From assembly GCA_009785795.1 (NCBI GenBank), contig WQVN01000004.1:1-53441 (forward strand): DNA of 53,441 bases. Reading direction: 5' to 3'. Under the pieces are notes generated by a model. The model did not search any database and was not told the origin of the DNA. It worked only from the letters and a program-made list of their open reading frames with translations. The stretch is from Coriobacteriia bacterium (GTDB taxonomy: Bacteria > Actinomycetota > Coriobacteriia > WRKU01 > WQUG01). The position numbers were made by a program, and so were the translations under genes. Below, piece after piece: positions 37,921 to 47,079 of this stretch (the first letter of the stretch is position 1; each line of letters begins with the position of its first letter).

Positions 37921-39183
37921 GTGGTACCGTACTTCATCAAGACTTTTGGCTGCAAGGTTAATCAAGTCGAATCGACAGATTTGTCGACAGAATTGAATGA
38001 TGCAAGATTGCAGCAGGTCTTTCGTGCAGCAAGCGCAGAGATTGTTATTGTTAACACCTGTACCGTTACTGGCGAGGCAGATAAAAAGGTGCGAAAAGAA
38101 CTACGTCGTGCCTGTCGCCAGGACAGTGTGCGTACCGTAATTGCAACAGGTTGTGGAGCAGTGTTGCTGCAGGCAGAATTGGAGTTGATTGATCCAAAAA
38201 TAACCGTAATAGCCGACAGGAATCAAATCGCAAGTCATGTTGAAGACTTGCTGAATGCAGGTACACTTGCTGTACCTGTCATTCCTGAGTGCAGTGAGGA
38301 ACGTCGAGAACAAGAATCTTTGCACAGTAACGAATCTAATGTCGCCACAAATCGGATTCGTGTGCCCGTAAAGGTGCAGGATGGCTGTGAGGATTACTGC
38401 AGTTACTGTATAGTGCCCTATGCACGCGGAAAATGTCGGTCAGTCAGCGCAAGCGAAATTACATCAAAGATTCAAATGCTTGCTCAAAATGGCACAAAGG
38501 AAGTAGTCTTGACAGGAATTAACCTGGGTAACTATTCAACCGCAGAGGCAGATTCCATACCTACTCTCTTAAATCGCATCAAAGCAGAAACCGATATTCA
38601 TCGTGTCAGACTTTCAAGTATAGAACCTCTGCACGTCACCGACGATCTGCTCGAAATACTTGCATCAGGAAAACTATTATGTGAGCATCTGCATATTCCG
38701 CTGCAGTCAGGATCAGACCATGTTCTGGGAGATATGAACAGGCGCTATACTGCCTGTGAGTACGTACAGACAGTTGAAAGTATTCGTGCAGCGATGCCGC
38801 ATACTGCCATTACAACTGATGTAATCGTAGGCTATCCTAGCGAAGATCAGGCAGATTATGAACAGACCTTAAATTTGGTCAAAGAAATTGGTTTTGCAAA
38901 GACACATGTATTTCGCTACAGTCCTCGCAATGGTGCGCCTGCGGCCTTGTTACGTCCTTTAAGTCCAGCAACAGTAACTCATCGCGCACGAACATTGCAA
39001 GAACGGGCAGACATGGATGCGCTCCGCTACCGAAACCTGCGAATTGGCACACAGATTGAGGCTATTATCGAAACAGTCAACAGTAAGACAAATACTGCAG
39101 TAGGCACTAGTAGGGAATACCTGCGCGTAGAGCTGCCTGCAGATAATCTGCGTCCTGGCGACCTAACGCAGCTACACTTATAG
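37921..39183 (+). CDS. mtaB: tRNA t6A methylthiotransferase
   Basis: TFGCKVNQ, VNTCTVT, KVQDGCEDYCSYC, HIPLQSGSD; dnaJ-rsmE-mtaB synteny. Confidence 0.9.
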   Translation: MVPYFIKTFGCKVNQVESTDLSTELNDARLQQVFRAASAEIVIVNTCTVTGEADKKVRKELRRACRQDSVRTVIATGCGAVLLQAELELIDPKITVIADRNQIASHVEDLLNAGTLAVPVIPECSEERREQESLHSNESNVATNRIRVPVKVQDGCEDYCSYCIVPYARGKCRSVSASEITSKIQMLAQNGTKEVVLTGINLGNYSTAEADSIPTLLNRIKAETDIHRVRLSSIEPLHVTDDLLEILASGKLLCEHLHIPLQSGSDHVLGDMNRRYTACEYVQTVESIRAAMPHTAITTDVIVGYPSEDQADYEQTLNLVKEIGFAKTHVFRYSPRNGAPAALLRPLSPATVTHRARTLQERADMDALRYRNLRIGTQIEAIIETVNSKTNTAVGTSREYLRVELPADNLRPGDLTQLHL

Positions 39184-39310
39184 ATTTGCGGAAGAAATTT
39201 ACATATTGGCAGACGCTGGCATAGTTTTGGATGGCAAATAGCGCAATGCAACCTGCTATACTGGTGCTTTGACTGACAGTGCCAATGAATACTCTGACCC
39301 TAGGGAGACT

Positions 39311-40282
39311 ATGGCGATAATGAAGCCACGTGAGAGACGCGAATTACTTACCTTTCAAGATGCTATTCTTGCCCTGCAAAACTATTGGGCGAACTACGGC
39401 TGTGTGATTTTACAGCCCTACGATACCGAGGTTGGGGCGGGCACCTTTCATCCTGCGACCGTGCTGCGCAGCTTAGGACCAGACACATGGAATACTGCCT
39501 ATGTACAGCCATCGCGCAGACCAACTGACGGACGTTACGGGGAAAATCCAAATCGCTTACAACACTATTATCAATTTCAGGTAATCTTGAAGCCCAGTCC
39601 TGATGATGTAGTTGATTTGTATTTTGATTCATTGAAGGCTATTGGCATTGATCCGGCAAAGCACGATATGCGCCTGGTTGAAGATGACTGGGAGTCACCT
39701 ACCTTGGGTGCTTGGGGCTTGGGCTGGGAGGTCTGGCTGGACGGTATGGAAGTTACCCAGTTTACCTACTTTCAGCAGGTTGGCGGTTTTGAGTGTCGTC
39801 CTGTTCCTGCAGAACTGACCTACGGACTGGAACGCCTTATGATGGTCATCCAAGGTGTTGAAAATGTCTATGATTTGATTTGGACAGTTGCACCTGACGG
39901 CACGACGGTCAACTATGGTGACGTTTTCCAGTTGAACGAGCAGCAATATTCAGCCTATAACTACGAGGTTGCCAGTGTATCGATGCTGTTCGATATTTTT
40001 ACCCAATTTGAAGCAGAATGCGTGCGTGCCCTCGAGGCAGAACTGTCCATTCCCGCCTATGACTACGTACTGAAGTGCAGCCATGTATTCAACCTGCTTG
40101 ATGCGCGTGGTGCAATTAGCGCGACCGAGCGCCAAGCATACATTCTGCGCGTGCGCGAACTTGCGAAGCGATGCTGTGAAGGTTATTTGCAGAGCCTTGC
40201 CAGTGATGATGTCACTGGTGATCAGGGCGGTGATGCAGCTATCACAGATGGTGCGATTATTGCAGATAGGGGTGAGCAGTAA
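39311..40282 (+). CDS. glyQ: Glycyl-tRNA synthetase alpha subunit
   Basis: [43 protein letters not shown]. Confidence 0.98.
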   Translation: MAIMKPRERRELLTFQDAILALQNYWANYGCVILQPYDTEVGAGTFHPATVLRSLGPDTWNTAYVQPSRRPTDGRYGENPNRLQHYYQFQVILKPSPDDVVDLYFDSLKAIGIDPAKHDMRLVEDDWESPTLGAWGLGWEVWLDGMEVTQFTYFQQVGGFECRPVPAELTYGLERLMMVIQGVENVYDLIWTVAPDGTTVNYGDVFQLNEQQYSAYNYEVASVSMLFDIFTQFEAECVRALEAELSIPAYDYVLKCSHVFNLLDARGAISATERQAYILRVRELAKRCCEGYLQSLASDDVTGDQGGDAAITDGAIIADRGEQ

Positions 40283-42372
40283 TGGACATAATCAAGCCTT
40301 ATGTTTCAGATCTACTGTTCGAGATTGGCGTTGAAGAGATGCCTTCGGCGCCACTCAATGCAGCGCATGCTCAGCTAGAAAAGCTTGCACAGGTGGCACT
40401 GGCAGACATACGTCTTGATTATAAAGAATTGCAAGTCTATTCAACTCCGCGCAGATTGTCATTGCTTGTTAAGGGGCTTGCAGATAGTCAGGAAGACATT
40501 CAGGTAGAATACAAAGGTCCGTCAAAGCAGATTGCTTATGATTCAGATGGCGAACCTACGCAGGCCTTGCAGGGATTTGCTCGTGGTAAAGGACTTGATT
40601 TAAGTGACATTGAGGTTCGCGAAACAGATGGTGGACAGTACGTCTATGCAGTCAAAAATGAAAAAGGGCAAGCTGCAAAAGACTTGCTGCCAGATCTGCT
40701 TGCAGGATTGATTGCGAAACTTGATTGGCCAAAAAAGCAAAGATGGGGCAGCAGCGATGTGCACTTTATTAGACCAGTACGTTGGATTTTGGCTATTTTG
40801 GGCTCACAAACCATCAATGTAAGCTTTGGTGATGTCCGCTCAAGCAATTGGACCTATGGACATCGTTTTTTGTCGACACAGCAGATTCCTATCCAAGCCA
40901 TGCGCGAATACAAGAATGTGTTGCGTGGCAACAAAGTCATTGTCGATCATGATAAACGTCGTGAAATGATTTTAAGCAGTATTGATGAACTTGCAGCGCC
41001 ACATGGTAAGGCTCTTGTGCCTGACAAGGTGCTTGATGAAGTAGTGAATCTCGTTGAATTCCCCAGCGCCTTACTATGTTCATTTGATCGCGAATTTTTG
41101 CGTGTTCCACGAGAAATTCTTGAGTATGCTATGAATTCGCATCAGCGCTATTTTGCGATTCAGACCCACGATGGCAGTCTTGATAACCACTTTGTGGTCA
41201 TTTCGAACGGAGATCCTGCCTGTGCGCAGAAAATCGCTTACGGACATGAAAGCGTCATCCGTGCACGTCTTGCTGATGCCGCATTTTTCTACGACGAGGA
41301 CTTAAAGATTGGGCTTGATGGCTGGTGCGACAGGTTGGACAGCTTATTATTTCAACAAAAGCTAGGTAGTCTTGCTGACAAGACAGCACGCATTGTCCAG
41401 ATTGTTGAATATCTGAATGAGGTACTTGATGTGCCAGACGATGTGGCGCATACTGCTCTACGCGCAGCGGAATTGGCAAAGGCTGACCTTGCAAGCAGTA
41501 CGGTTGTGGAGTTTACCGAATTGCAGGGAACAGTGGGTGCTCACTACGCAAGTTGCCAGGGTGAAAGTACTGAAATTGCGCGAGCAATTGAAGAGCATTA
41601 CAGGCCACGCTATTCAGGCGACAGTCTGCCAGCGACGCTTCCTGCACAGCTTGTGTCACTTGCTGATAAAGTTGACACGATTACAGGCATTATTGCTGCT
41701 GGAAAAAGACCAAAAGGAAGCAGCGATCCCTTTGCGCTACGCAGAAATGTCATTGGAGTCTTGCGTATTGTCATGGATGCCCTTCCTGCAGATGCAGACC
41801 TAGACATTGCTGGACTAATTGCACGGTCAATCAGTGTGCTTCCAGAAGATTTGCAGACAGATGATGCCGCTCAAAGTGTGCTGGACTTTTTTACTCCTCG
41901 CATTGACACGATTTTGCGTGATGCGGGCTATAGTACAGAAGTAGTGTCTGCGGTGCTTGCCAATTCGGCGACACGTCCCGCAGACGCATGTAAGCGCTGC
42001 ATTGCGCTACAAGACTTTCTAGAACAGGGTGATGTTTGGGAGAATCTGTCAACAGCTTACACGCGCGCAAAGAATCTGAGCGATTCAGAAGCTGGCATAA
42101 GTGTTAATGTGACACTCTTTGAGCAGCATGAGCAGGCATTTTATGATGTATTGGCAGTAATAGAGCCGCGTGTGCAAGATTATTTAACGCAGCAGGCTTA
42201 CCGTGAGTATCTTGATGAACTTGCAAGTATGCGCGAGCCTCTTGACGACTTTTTCGACAAGGTAATGATTATGGTTGATGATCCAGATTTGCGTCGCAAC
42301 AGGCTTGCACTGCTCAATATGTTTATTGCACTGGTCGAGCCATTTGCCGATTTTCGCAGATTGTCAAAGTAG
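40282..42372 (+). CDS. glyS: Glycyl-tRNA synthetase beta subunit
   Basis: LLFEIGVEEMP, TPRRL, FIRPVRW, EFTELQG, GSSDPFALRR. Confidence 0.97.
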   Translation: MDIIKPYVSDLLFEIGVEEMPSAPLNAAHAQLEKLAQVALADIRLDYKELQVYSTPRRLSLLVKGLADSQEDIQVEYKGPSKQIAYDSDGEPTQALQGFARGKGLDLSDIEVRETDGGQYVYAVKNEKGQAAKDLLPDLLAGLIAKLDWPKKQRWGSSDVHFIRPVRWILAILGSQTINVSFGDVRSSNWTYGHRFLSTQQIPIQAMREYKNVLRGNKVIVDHDKRREMILSSIDELAAPHGKALVPDKVLDEVVNLVEFPSALLCSFDREFLRVPREILEYAMNSHQRYFAIQTHDGSLDNHFVVISNGDPACAQKIAYGHESVIRARLADAAFFYDEDLKIGLDGWCDRLDSLLFQQKLGSLADKTARIVQIVEYLNEVLDVPDDVAHTALRAAELAKADLASSTVVEFTELQGTVGAHYASCQGESTEIARAIEEHYRPRYSGDSLPATLPAQLVSLADKVDTITGIIAAGKRPKGSSDPFALRRNVIGVLRIVMDALPADADLDIAGLIARSISVLPEDLQTDDAAQSVLDFFTPRIDTILRDAGYSTEVVSAVLANSATRPADACKRCIALQDFLEQGDVWENLSTAYTRAKNLSDSEAGISVNVTLFEQHEQAFYDVLAVIEPRVQDYLTQQAYREYLDELASMREPLDDFFDKVMIMVDDPDLRRNRLALLNMFIALVEPFADFRRLSK

Positions 42373-42383
42373 AATAACGGGAA

Positions 42384-43232
42384 ATGACTGACAATCGTCG
42401 TCAAATGACACTGCACATCTTAAGTGATTCTGTTGGTGAAACTGCCGACACGGTTGCTCACATTGTCGCAATTCAATTTCCGCAAATACAGTGGAAATTT
42501 GCTTTTACCACCATGATCGATAACGTACACATGTTGCGCGAAGCAATTCTTCCCCATGCAGGTGATGATAGCTATGTTTTTATCTACACCTTTACCAATC
42601 CTGATTTACGCGAAGAAATGTGTGTCTTGCGCGCTCCTGAAGAGAATCGCGACACAGTGCATTCAATTGACATACTTGCGAGCGGCCTTGATGCAATCAC
42701 GACACTTACTCGCGAGCTGCCTTCTGGCAAAGTTGGTATGTTGCATCAGGTTGACAATGCCTATTATCGACGTATTTCTGCAATGGAATTTGCAGTACGC
42801 CATGATGATGGTCAGCACCCTGAGGGATTAATTGATGCAGATATCGTCTTGATAGGAGTGTCACGCACCTCAAAGACACCGCTGTCGATGTATCTGGCTC
42901 ACAGAGGATTCAAAACAGCAAATATACCGCTGACCTTAGAGGCGACACCACCAAGGCAGCTTTTTGAAATTGAAGCAGACAAAATATTTGGCTTGATGAC
43001 AGGCATGGATACTCTGACAAAGGTGAGACAAGAACGCATGAATGAATTCGGTGCGTATGTGCCCAATTACACCGACCCAAATTATGTTGAGAAAGAATTT
43101 GAATCTGCGCGTACGTTAATGCGTCAATTAGGTTGCTTGATCATTAACACAGAGAAGCGTGCTATCGAGAGTGTTGCTCAAGAAATCATGACGTATCTGC
43201 GCATGAATTTTAAAGGTCGCTTTGATAATTAA
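42384..43232 (+). CDS. PPDK/PEP synthase regulatory kinase-pyrophosphorylase (PDRP/PSRP)
   Basis: SDSVGETA, HDDG, IGVSRTSKTPLSMYLA. Confidence 0.93.
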   Translation: MTDNRRQMTLHILSDSVGETADTVAHIVAIQFPQIQWKFAFTTMIDNVHMLREAILPHAGDDSYVFIYTFTNPDLREEMCVLRAPEENRDTVHSIDILASGLDAITTLTRELPSGKVGMLHQVDNAYYRRISAMEFAVRHDDGQHPEGLIDADIVLIGVSRTSKTPLSMYLAHRGFKTANIPLTLEATPPRQLFEIEADKIFGLMTGMDTLTKVRQERMNEFGAYVPNYTDPNYVEKEFESARTLMRQLGCLIINTEKRAIESVAQEIMTYLRMNFKGRFDN

Positions 43233-43260
43233 TTCTTTTTAAAACAAGTTTCAAAAAGGG

Positions 43261-43290
43261 TTGACACAAAAACGAATGTTCGGATAGTAT
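43261..43290 (+). promoter_or_regulatory. recA promoter with an embedded LexA (Cheo-type) SOS box
   Basis: TTGACA-18-TAGTAT; the spacer holds AAAC-GAAT-GTTC(G), one mismatch to GAAC-N4-GTTC. Confidence 0.75.
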
Positions 43291-43372
43291 CTATTACTAT
43301 GTACATGTGAGCTCTCACCTAATCCGTAGTCATACAGAGCAAAGAGACCCCGTGGGTCAGAAACGAGGAATA

Positions 43373-44398
43373 ATGGACACCAGTAAAGAACAAATGCTTG
43401 ATTTGACGCGTGAGCAAATCGAAAAAAAGTATGGCAAGGGTTCAATAATGAAGTATGGCGATGATGTTGCAAATCTTGCGATTGGCGTTATTCCTACAGG
43501 ATCGTTAGCCATTGATGCGGCTTTGGGTGTTGGGGGAGTACCACGTGGTCGTGTAGTAGAGATATTTGGACCAGAATCAAGCGGTAAAACTACGTTAGCA
43601 CTGTCGATTTTAGCAGAAGCGCAAGCAGCAGGCGGCGTTGCAGCCTTTATTGATGCCGAACATGCACTAGATCCTACCTATGCTGCGCGATTAGGCGTTG
43701 ACCTTGATGAGATATTAGTGTCACAGCCAGATACGGGTGAGCAGGCTTTAGAGATATGTGACATGTTGGTGCGCAGTGGAGCCATTGATGTCGTTGTTGT
43801 TGACTCAGTTGCAGCATTGGTGCCTCGTGCAGAAATTGAGGGGGAAATGGGCGATGCTACCGTAGGCGCACAGGCACGTTTGATGAGCCAAGCTTTGCGC
43901 AAATTGACTGGATCACTGTCGAAGTCAAACACGACGTGCATCTTCATCAATCAAATTCGTGAAAAAATTGGTGTTATATATGGTAGTCCAGAAACAACTA
44001 CAGGTGGTCGCGCTTTAAAGTTTTTCTCAACGGTACGCATTGACATCCGCCGTGGCGAGGCAATTAAACAAGGTACAGAGGTACTGGGTAATAGGACAAA
44101 GGCAAAAATTGTCAAAAATAAGGTTGCACCACCTTTCAGAATCGCCGAATTTGACATTATGTACGGTGAGGGCATCAGCAAGGAATCGTCAATATTGGAT
44201 CTGGGTGTTGCACAGGGAGTCTTAAAACGTTCTGGAGCCTGGTATACCTATGGAGATGTGCGTTTGGGACAGGGCAGGGAAGCAGCGAAAGAAACCCTGC
44301 GAAGCAATCCCGACATGAGCCTAGAAATTGAGACTGCAGTGCGCGAAAAGTTGGGTATGGCGAAAAGTGCCAACACTGCAGAAGCAGACGAGAACTAA
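43373..44398 (+). CDS. recA: Recombinase A
   Basis: [37 protein letters not shown]; GAGGA RBS. Confidence 0.99.
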   Translation: MDTSKEQMLDLTREQIEKKYGKGSIMKYGDDVANLAIGVIPTGSLAIDAALGVGGVPRGRVVEIFGPESSGKTTLALSILAEAQAAGGVAAFIDAEHALDPTYAARLGVDLDEILVSQPDTGEQALEICDMLVRSGAIDVVVVDSVAALVPRAEIEGEMGDATVGAQARLMSQALRKLTGSLSKSNTTCIFINQIREKIGVIYGSPETTTGGRALKFFSTVRIDIRRGEAIKQGTEVLGNRTKAKIVKNKVAPPFRIAEFDIMYGEGISKESSILDLGVAQGVLKRSGAWYTYGDVRLGQGREAAKETLRSNPDMSLEIETAVREKLGMAKSANTAEADEN

Positions 44399-44410
44399 TG
44401 AGCGATAGAA

Positions 44411-44902
44411 GTGGGCAGACTGCCCACTTCTATTAATGACATGACTGCCGACAAGCAAATGACTGATGAAACTGCTTATGAAGAGGCAAGACTGTGCGCA
44501 CATCGCATTGTGCGCAAGCGCGAGAAAACGACACACGAATTACGCACACGTCTTATAGAGAAGGGCCATGACTCTGATGTTTCACAGCAGGTAGTTGATC
44601 GCTTCATTGATGTCGGCTTAGTGGACGATCAGCGCTATATTGAGCTCTACATCAGAGAAGCTCAGCACAATTGTAAGGGATGGCGCAGGATTAAACACGA
44701 ATTGCGTCAGCGAGGGATCGCTGATGCAGACATAGAATTGTTAGAATCACCGTCAGATGAAGAAGAGCTTGAGCGAGCCTTGACTGTCATAGAGCGTCAG
44801 ACAATCACAGATCAGAAGGATCGCGAACGGGCTTTGAGAAAGTTGCAAAATAAAGGCTACAGTTTCGACATTGCCAAACAAGCATTAGCGAAAATTTCCT
44901 GA
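44411..44902 (+). CDS. recX: Regulatory protein RecX
   Basis: ELRTRL, GLVDD.RY, ELRQRGI, LQNKGY; directly after recA. Confidence 0.88.
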   Translation: MGRLPTSINDMTADKQMTDETAYEEARLCAHRIVRKREKTTHELRTRLIEKGHDSDVSQQVVDRFIDVGLVDDQRYIELYIREAQHNCKGWRRIKHELRQRGIADADIELLESPSDEEELERALTVIERQTITDQKDRERALRKLQNKGYSFDIAKQALAKIS

Positions 44903-44926
44903 AAAGAAATTGCATACTGAGACATC

Positions 44927-44971
44927 TGGTGGAGCCTACCGGGATCGAACCGGTGACCTCATGGCTGCCAG
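44927..44971 (-). repeat. Displaced 3' half of tRNA-Ala (att site)
   Basis: Reverse complement CTGGCAGCCATGAGGTCACCGGTTCGATCCCGGTAGGCTCCACCA, a direct repeat of the tRNA at 46924-46968 except in the T-arm. Confidence 0.92.
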
Positions 44972-45062
44972 TGTTTTCAGATAGGTAATAGCAGGTAATG
45001 TTTAGCACTATCTGCGCAGGTAGATGGGTTATCTAGCAACATCTAATACCATCTGAAGTGAT

Positions 45063-45087
45063 GCACATTTGCGGCACATTTGCGGCA
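45063..45087. repeat. 11-bp tandem repeat, putative integrase arm-type sites
   Basis: GCACATTTGCG x2 + GCA, about 90 bp inside the att fragment. Confidence 0.55.
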
Positions 45088-45185
45088 AACTTTACTGGCA
45101 ACAATTCCGTCTTGCATTCGACACCTTCTTGCTCCACTAGATTGCTCATAAAGCTGCTATGAACAATCAACGACAATCAATCCTA

Positions 45186-45392
45186 TCACATGTTCCTCTT
45201 TGCACTGACATGCTTCATGGCAGCAGCACTTAGCTCTTCAAGGGAAACATCATCAAACTTATCTCTGCGCCACTCCGTGTAGTCAAATGGCTCACGAGCC
45301 ATCAGTGCAATAAAGCGCTCAGCTTCTACCATGCCCAGATGTTTAGTGAGCAATTGCAAGCCTTCATTTTTTAGTACGGTTTCACTGGTTAT
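45186..45392 (-). CDS. 68-aa putative antitoxin partner of the PIN protein (ATA start; not in the ORF track)
   Basis: ITSETVLKNEGLQLLTKHLGMVEAERFIALMAREPFDYTEWRR...; GAGGTGA RBS; 4-nt overlap with the PIN stop. Confidence 0.7.
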   Translation of the reverse strand: MTSETVLKNEGLQLLTKHLGMVEAERFIALMAREPFDYTEWRRDKFDDVSLEELSAAAMKHVSAKRNM

Positions 45393-45841
45393 GTTATCAC
45401 CTCAATCTCTTGAATGAATTGTACAGGGTTTACAATCTTAACGTCTGGCTCTACCGCTGAAAGTAGGCGGCGGTCAGTTGTAATAAAGTAATCACAGCCA
45501 CTCTCTGCTGCACAGGCAATGTGTAAGGCATCCATTGTCTTTATGCCAGAGCCTATTAACTTCTTAGCACGAGCAAGCACAGCAGGTGTTTCATCAACGG
45601 TTTCGCAAGAGAGCTTCTCCCACGCAGCTATTGCTCGGCTCTGCTCTTTGAAAGGGCTTTTACTGTTTTCATAGTCAAGAATATATGACCACACTAGCTG
45701 ATATTTTCCTAGCAGAATCTGCTGTTGCACAAACAACTTGACATCAGTCTCTAGTTTAATCTTGAGTTGTACCTGGTCGTAAAAAGGACGATTAGAGCAG
45801 CAGATGTCGAGATATACCTTTAAGTGCTTTCTCTTTACCAT
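45389..45841 (-). CDS. PIN-domain (VapC-like) ribonuclease
   Basis: VYLDICC.NRPF, LDYEN, MDALHIACA, YFITTD acidic tetrad. Confidence 0.88.
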   Translation of the reverse strand: MVKRKHLKVYLDICCSNRPFYDQVQLKIKLETDVKLFVQQQILLGKYQLVWSYILDYENSKSPFKEQSRAIAAWEKLSCETVDETPAVLARAKKLIGSGIKTMDALHIACAAESGCDYFITTDRRLLSAVEPDVKIVNPVQFIQEIEVIT

Positions 45842-45894
45842 ACCTTCAGTTGAGCAACTTCATTATAGTGTAGGCGACCTTCAAAGTGCTGCCA

Positions 45895-46881
45895 TCAGGG
45901 CAAAGGCTTATGACGTTCACGAAGTTCAGAGATCAAGTCGACAAAGAAGGCATATTGATGAAGTATATCTCGTTCAAATTCCACATTGTCGAAATCATCT
46001 GGCCAGTCAGAAGTGTGTCCTGCATAACTATCGAGGTAACTTCGCCAAGTAGGTGTAAATGCCCAGTTGAAGCTGCTTGCTGAATGCGCTTCGTAAGTCC
46101 AAATATGTGCGTAGACATCTCGCCTTATTCCCGCTAAATCGCTATCTCGCATTATGGAGTCACTTGGACAATTCTCAAAAGCCAAAAGACGAGGCACATA
46201 CCAAATAGATTCAACTCTTTCTTCTCGAGCAAGATCCCAATAAGTGATGTCTATAGCATGACCAATATGAAAATCAATTCTGACACTTTGATCTTTCACC
46301 GAGCTATGGTATCCATACCGTGGATACATTAATCGCTCAATGAGACTTTCTATCTGACTAGGTATGTTGTTGCGAAGCGGATGTTCCCCATGAGACCAAG
46401 AGTTGACGTGAAAAAACGCATATACTTCGCCATCTTCTTCCGCGGGGAGACGTCTAGTCATGTCTTCCACTCGAATAAATACTCGCTCTAGAAGTTCATC
46501 ATCCTTAAGAGCATCGAAAATAAAATATGATGTAAGATCTATTTCATATTGAAGCATCTCACTTCCCACATTCACTACACAAATGGTAGGAGAACCACTC
46601 CAGTTCGAAACAATCACAAAATAAGGCTGCCGCATACTTTCCTCAGCAGCCTGTAAGGATCTGCTAATGTTAACCGAAGCAATGGCCAACAAGATGGAAG
46701 CAAGCATTAAAAGCAGCATTAAAATTGAATTTAAAATCGTAGCAATTGGAGTCACAATCTCTAGAATGTTCTTAAAATAATCTCTTTTTGTTATCGGTTT
46801 TTGAAAAGTGTTGCTGCGATATCGCGCTATAGGTGTGCGGTACTTCTGTTGTCGCTTACGACGCTTTGGTGAAATCTCCAT
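45895..46881 (-). CDS. Hypothetical single-TM cargo protein
   Basis: 328-aa ORF with GGAG RBS, basic N-terminus, one long TM, then QPYF...VVNVG. Confidence 0.7.
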   Translation of the reverse strand: MEISPKRRKRQQKYRTPIARYRSNTFQKPITKRDYFKNILEIVTPIATILNSILMLLLMLASILLAIASVNISRSLQAAEESMRQPYFVIVSNWSGSPTICVVNVGSEMLQYEIDLTSYFIFDALKDDELLERVFIRVEDMTRRLPAEEDGEVYAFFHVNSWSHGEHPLRNNIPSQIESLIERLMYPRYGYHSSVKDQSVRIDFHIGHAIDITYWDLAREERVESIWYVPRLLAFENCPSDSIMRDSDLAGIRRDVYAHIWTYEAHSASSFNWAFTPTWRSYLDSYAGHTSDWPDDFDNVEFERDILHQYAFFVDLISELRERHKPLP

Positions 46882-46923
46882 AAGTTTAGCTCCACTACTG
46901 CGAAAAAGGCTTGAAAAGAAGAG

Positions 46924-46999
46924 TGGTGGAGCCTAGGGGGGTCGAACCCCTGACCTCATGGCTGCCAGCCATGCGCTCTCCCAGCTGAGCTAAGGCCCC
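46924..46999 (-). tRNA. tRNA-Ala (GGC)
   Basis: GGGGCCTTAGCTCAGCTGGGAGAGCGCATGGCTGGCAGCCATGAGGTCAGGGGTTCGACCCCCCTAGGCTCCACCA; 76 nt, G3:U70 pair, encoded CCA. Confidence 0.98.
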
Positions 47000-47079
47000 A
47001 CGCGTAAACCACTGAAAAAGTATAGCAGCTTTATTACGCCTTTGACCAGAGGGTCTATGGTCATATTAGAATGTCATCC

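Larger units (their letters stand above)
44927..46968. mobile_element. ~2-kb integrase-less islet integrated in tRNA-Ala
   Basis: Bounded by the tRNA and its duplicated 3' half; AT-richer; carries the only minus-strand CDSs in the window. Confidence 0.85.

Noticed and set aside
39184-39310. T-box leader for glyQS
   Set aside because: A TG-c-TATACT promoter lies only ~50 nt before the ATG; no T-box motif or terminator is present.
44927-44971. Second complete tRNA-Ala gene
   Set aside because: The 5' half (acceptor 5' strand, D-arm and anticodon 5' stem) is absent, so it is treated as an att fragment.
45030-45185. Integrase C-terminal remnant next to the att site
   Set aside because: The short minus-strand frame has no tyrosine-recombinase motif (HxxR, LGH, catalytic Tyr).
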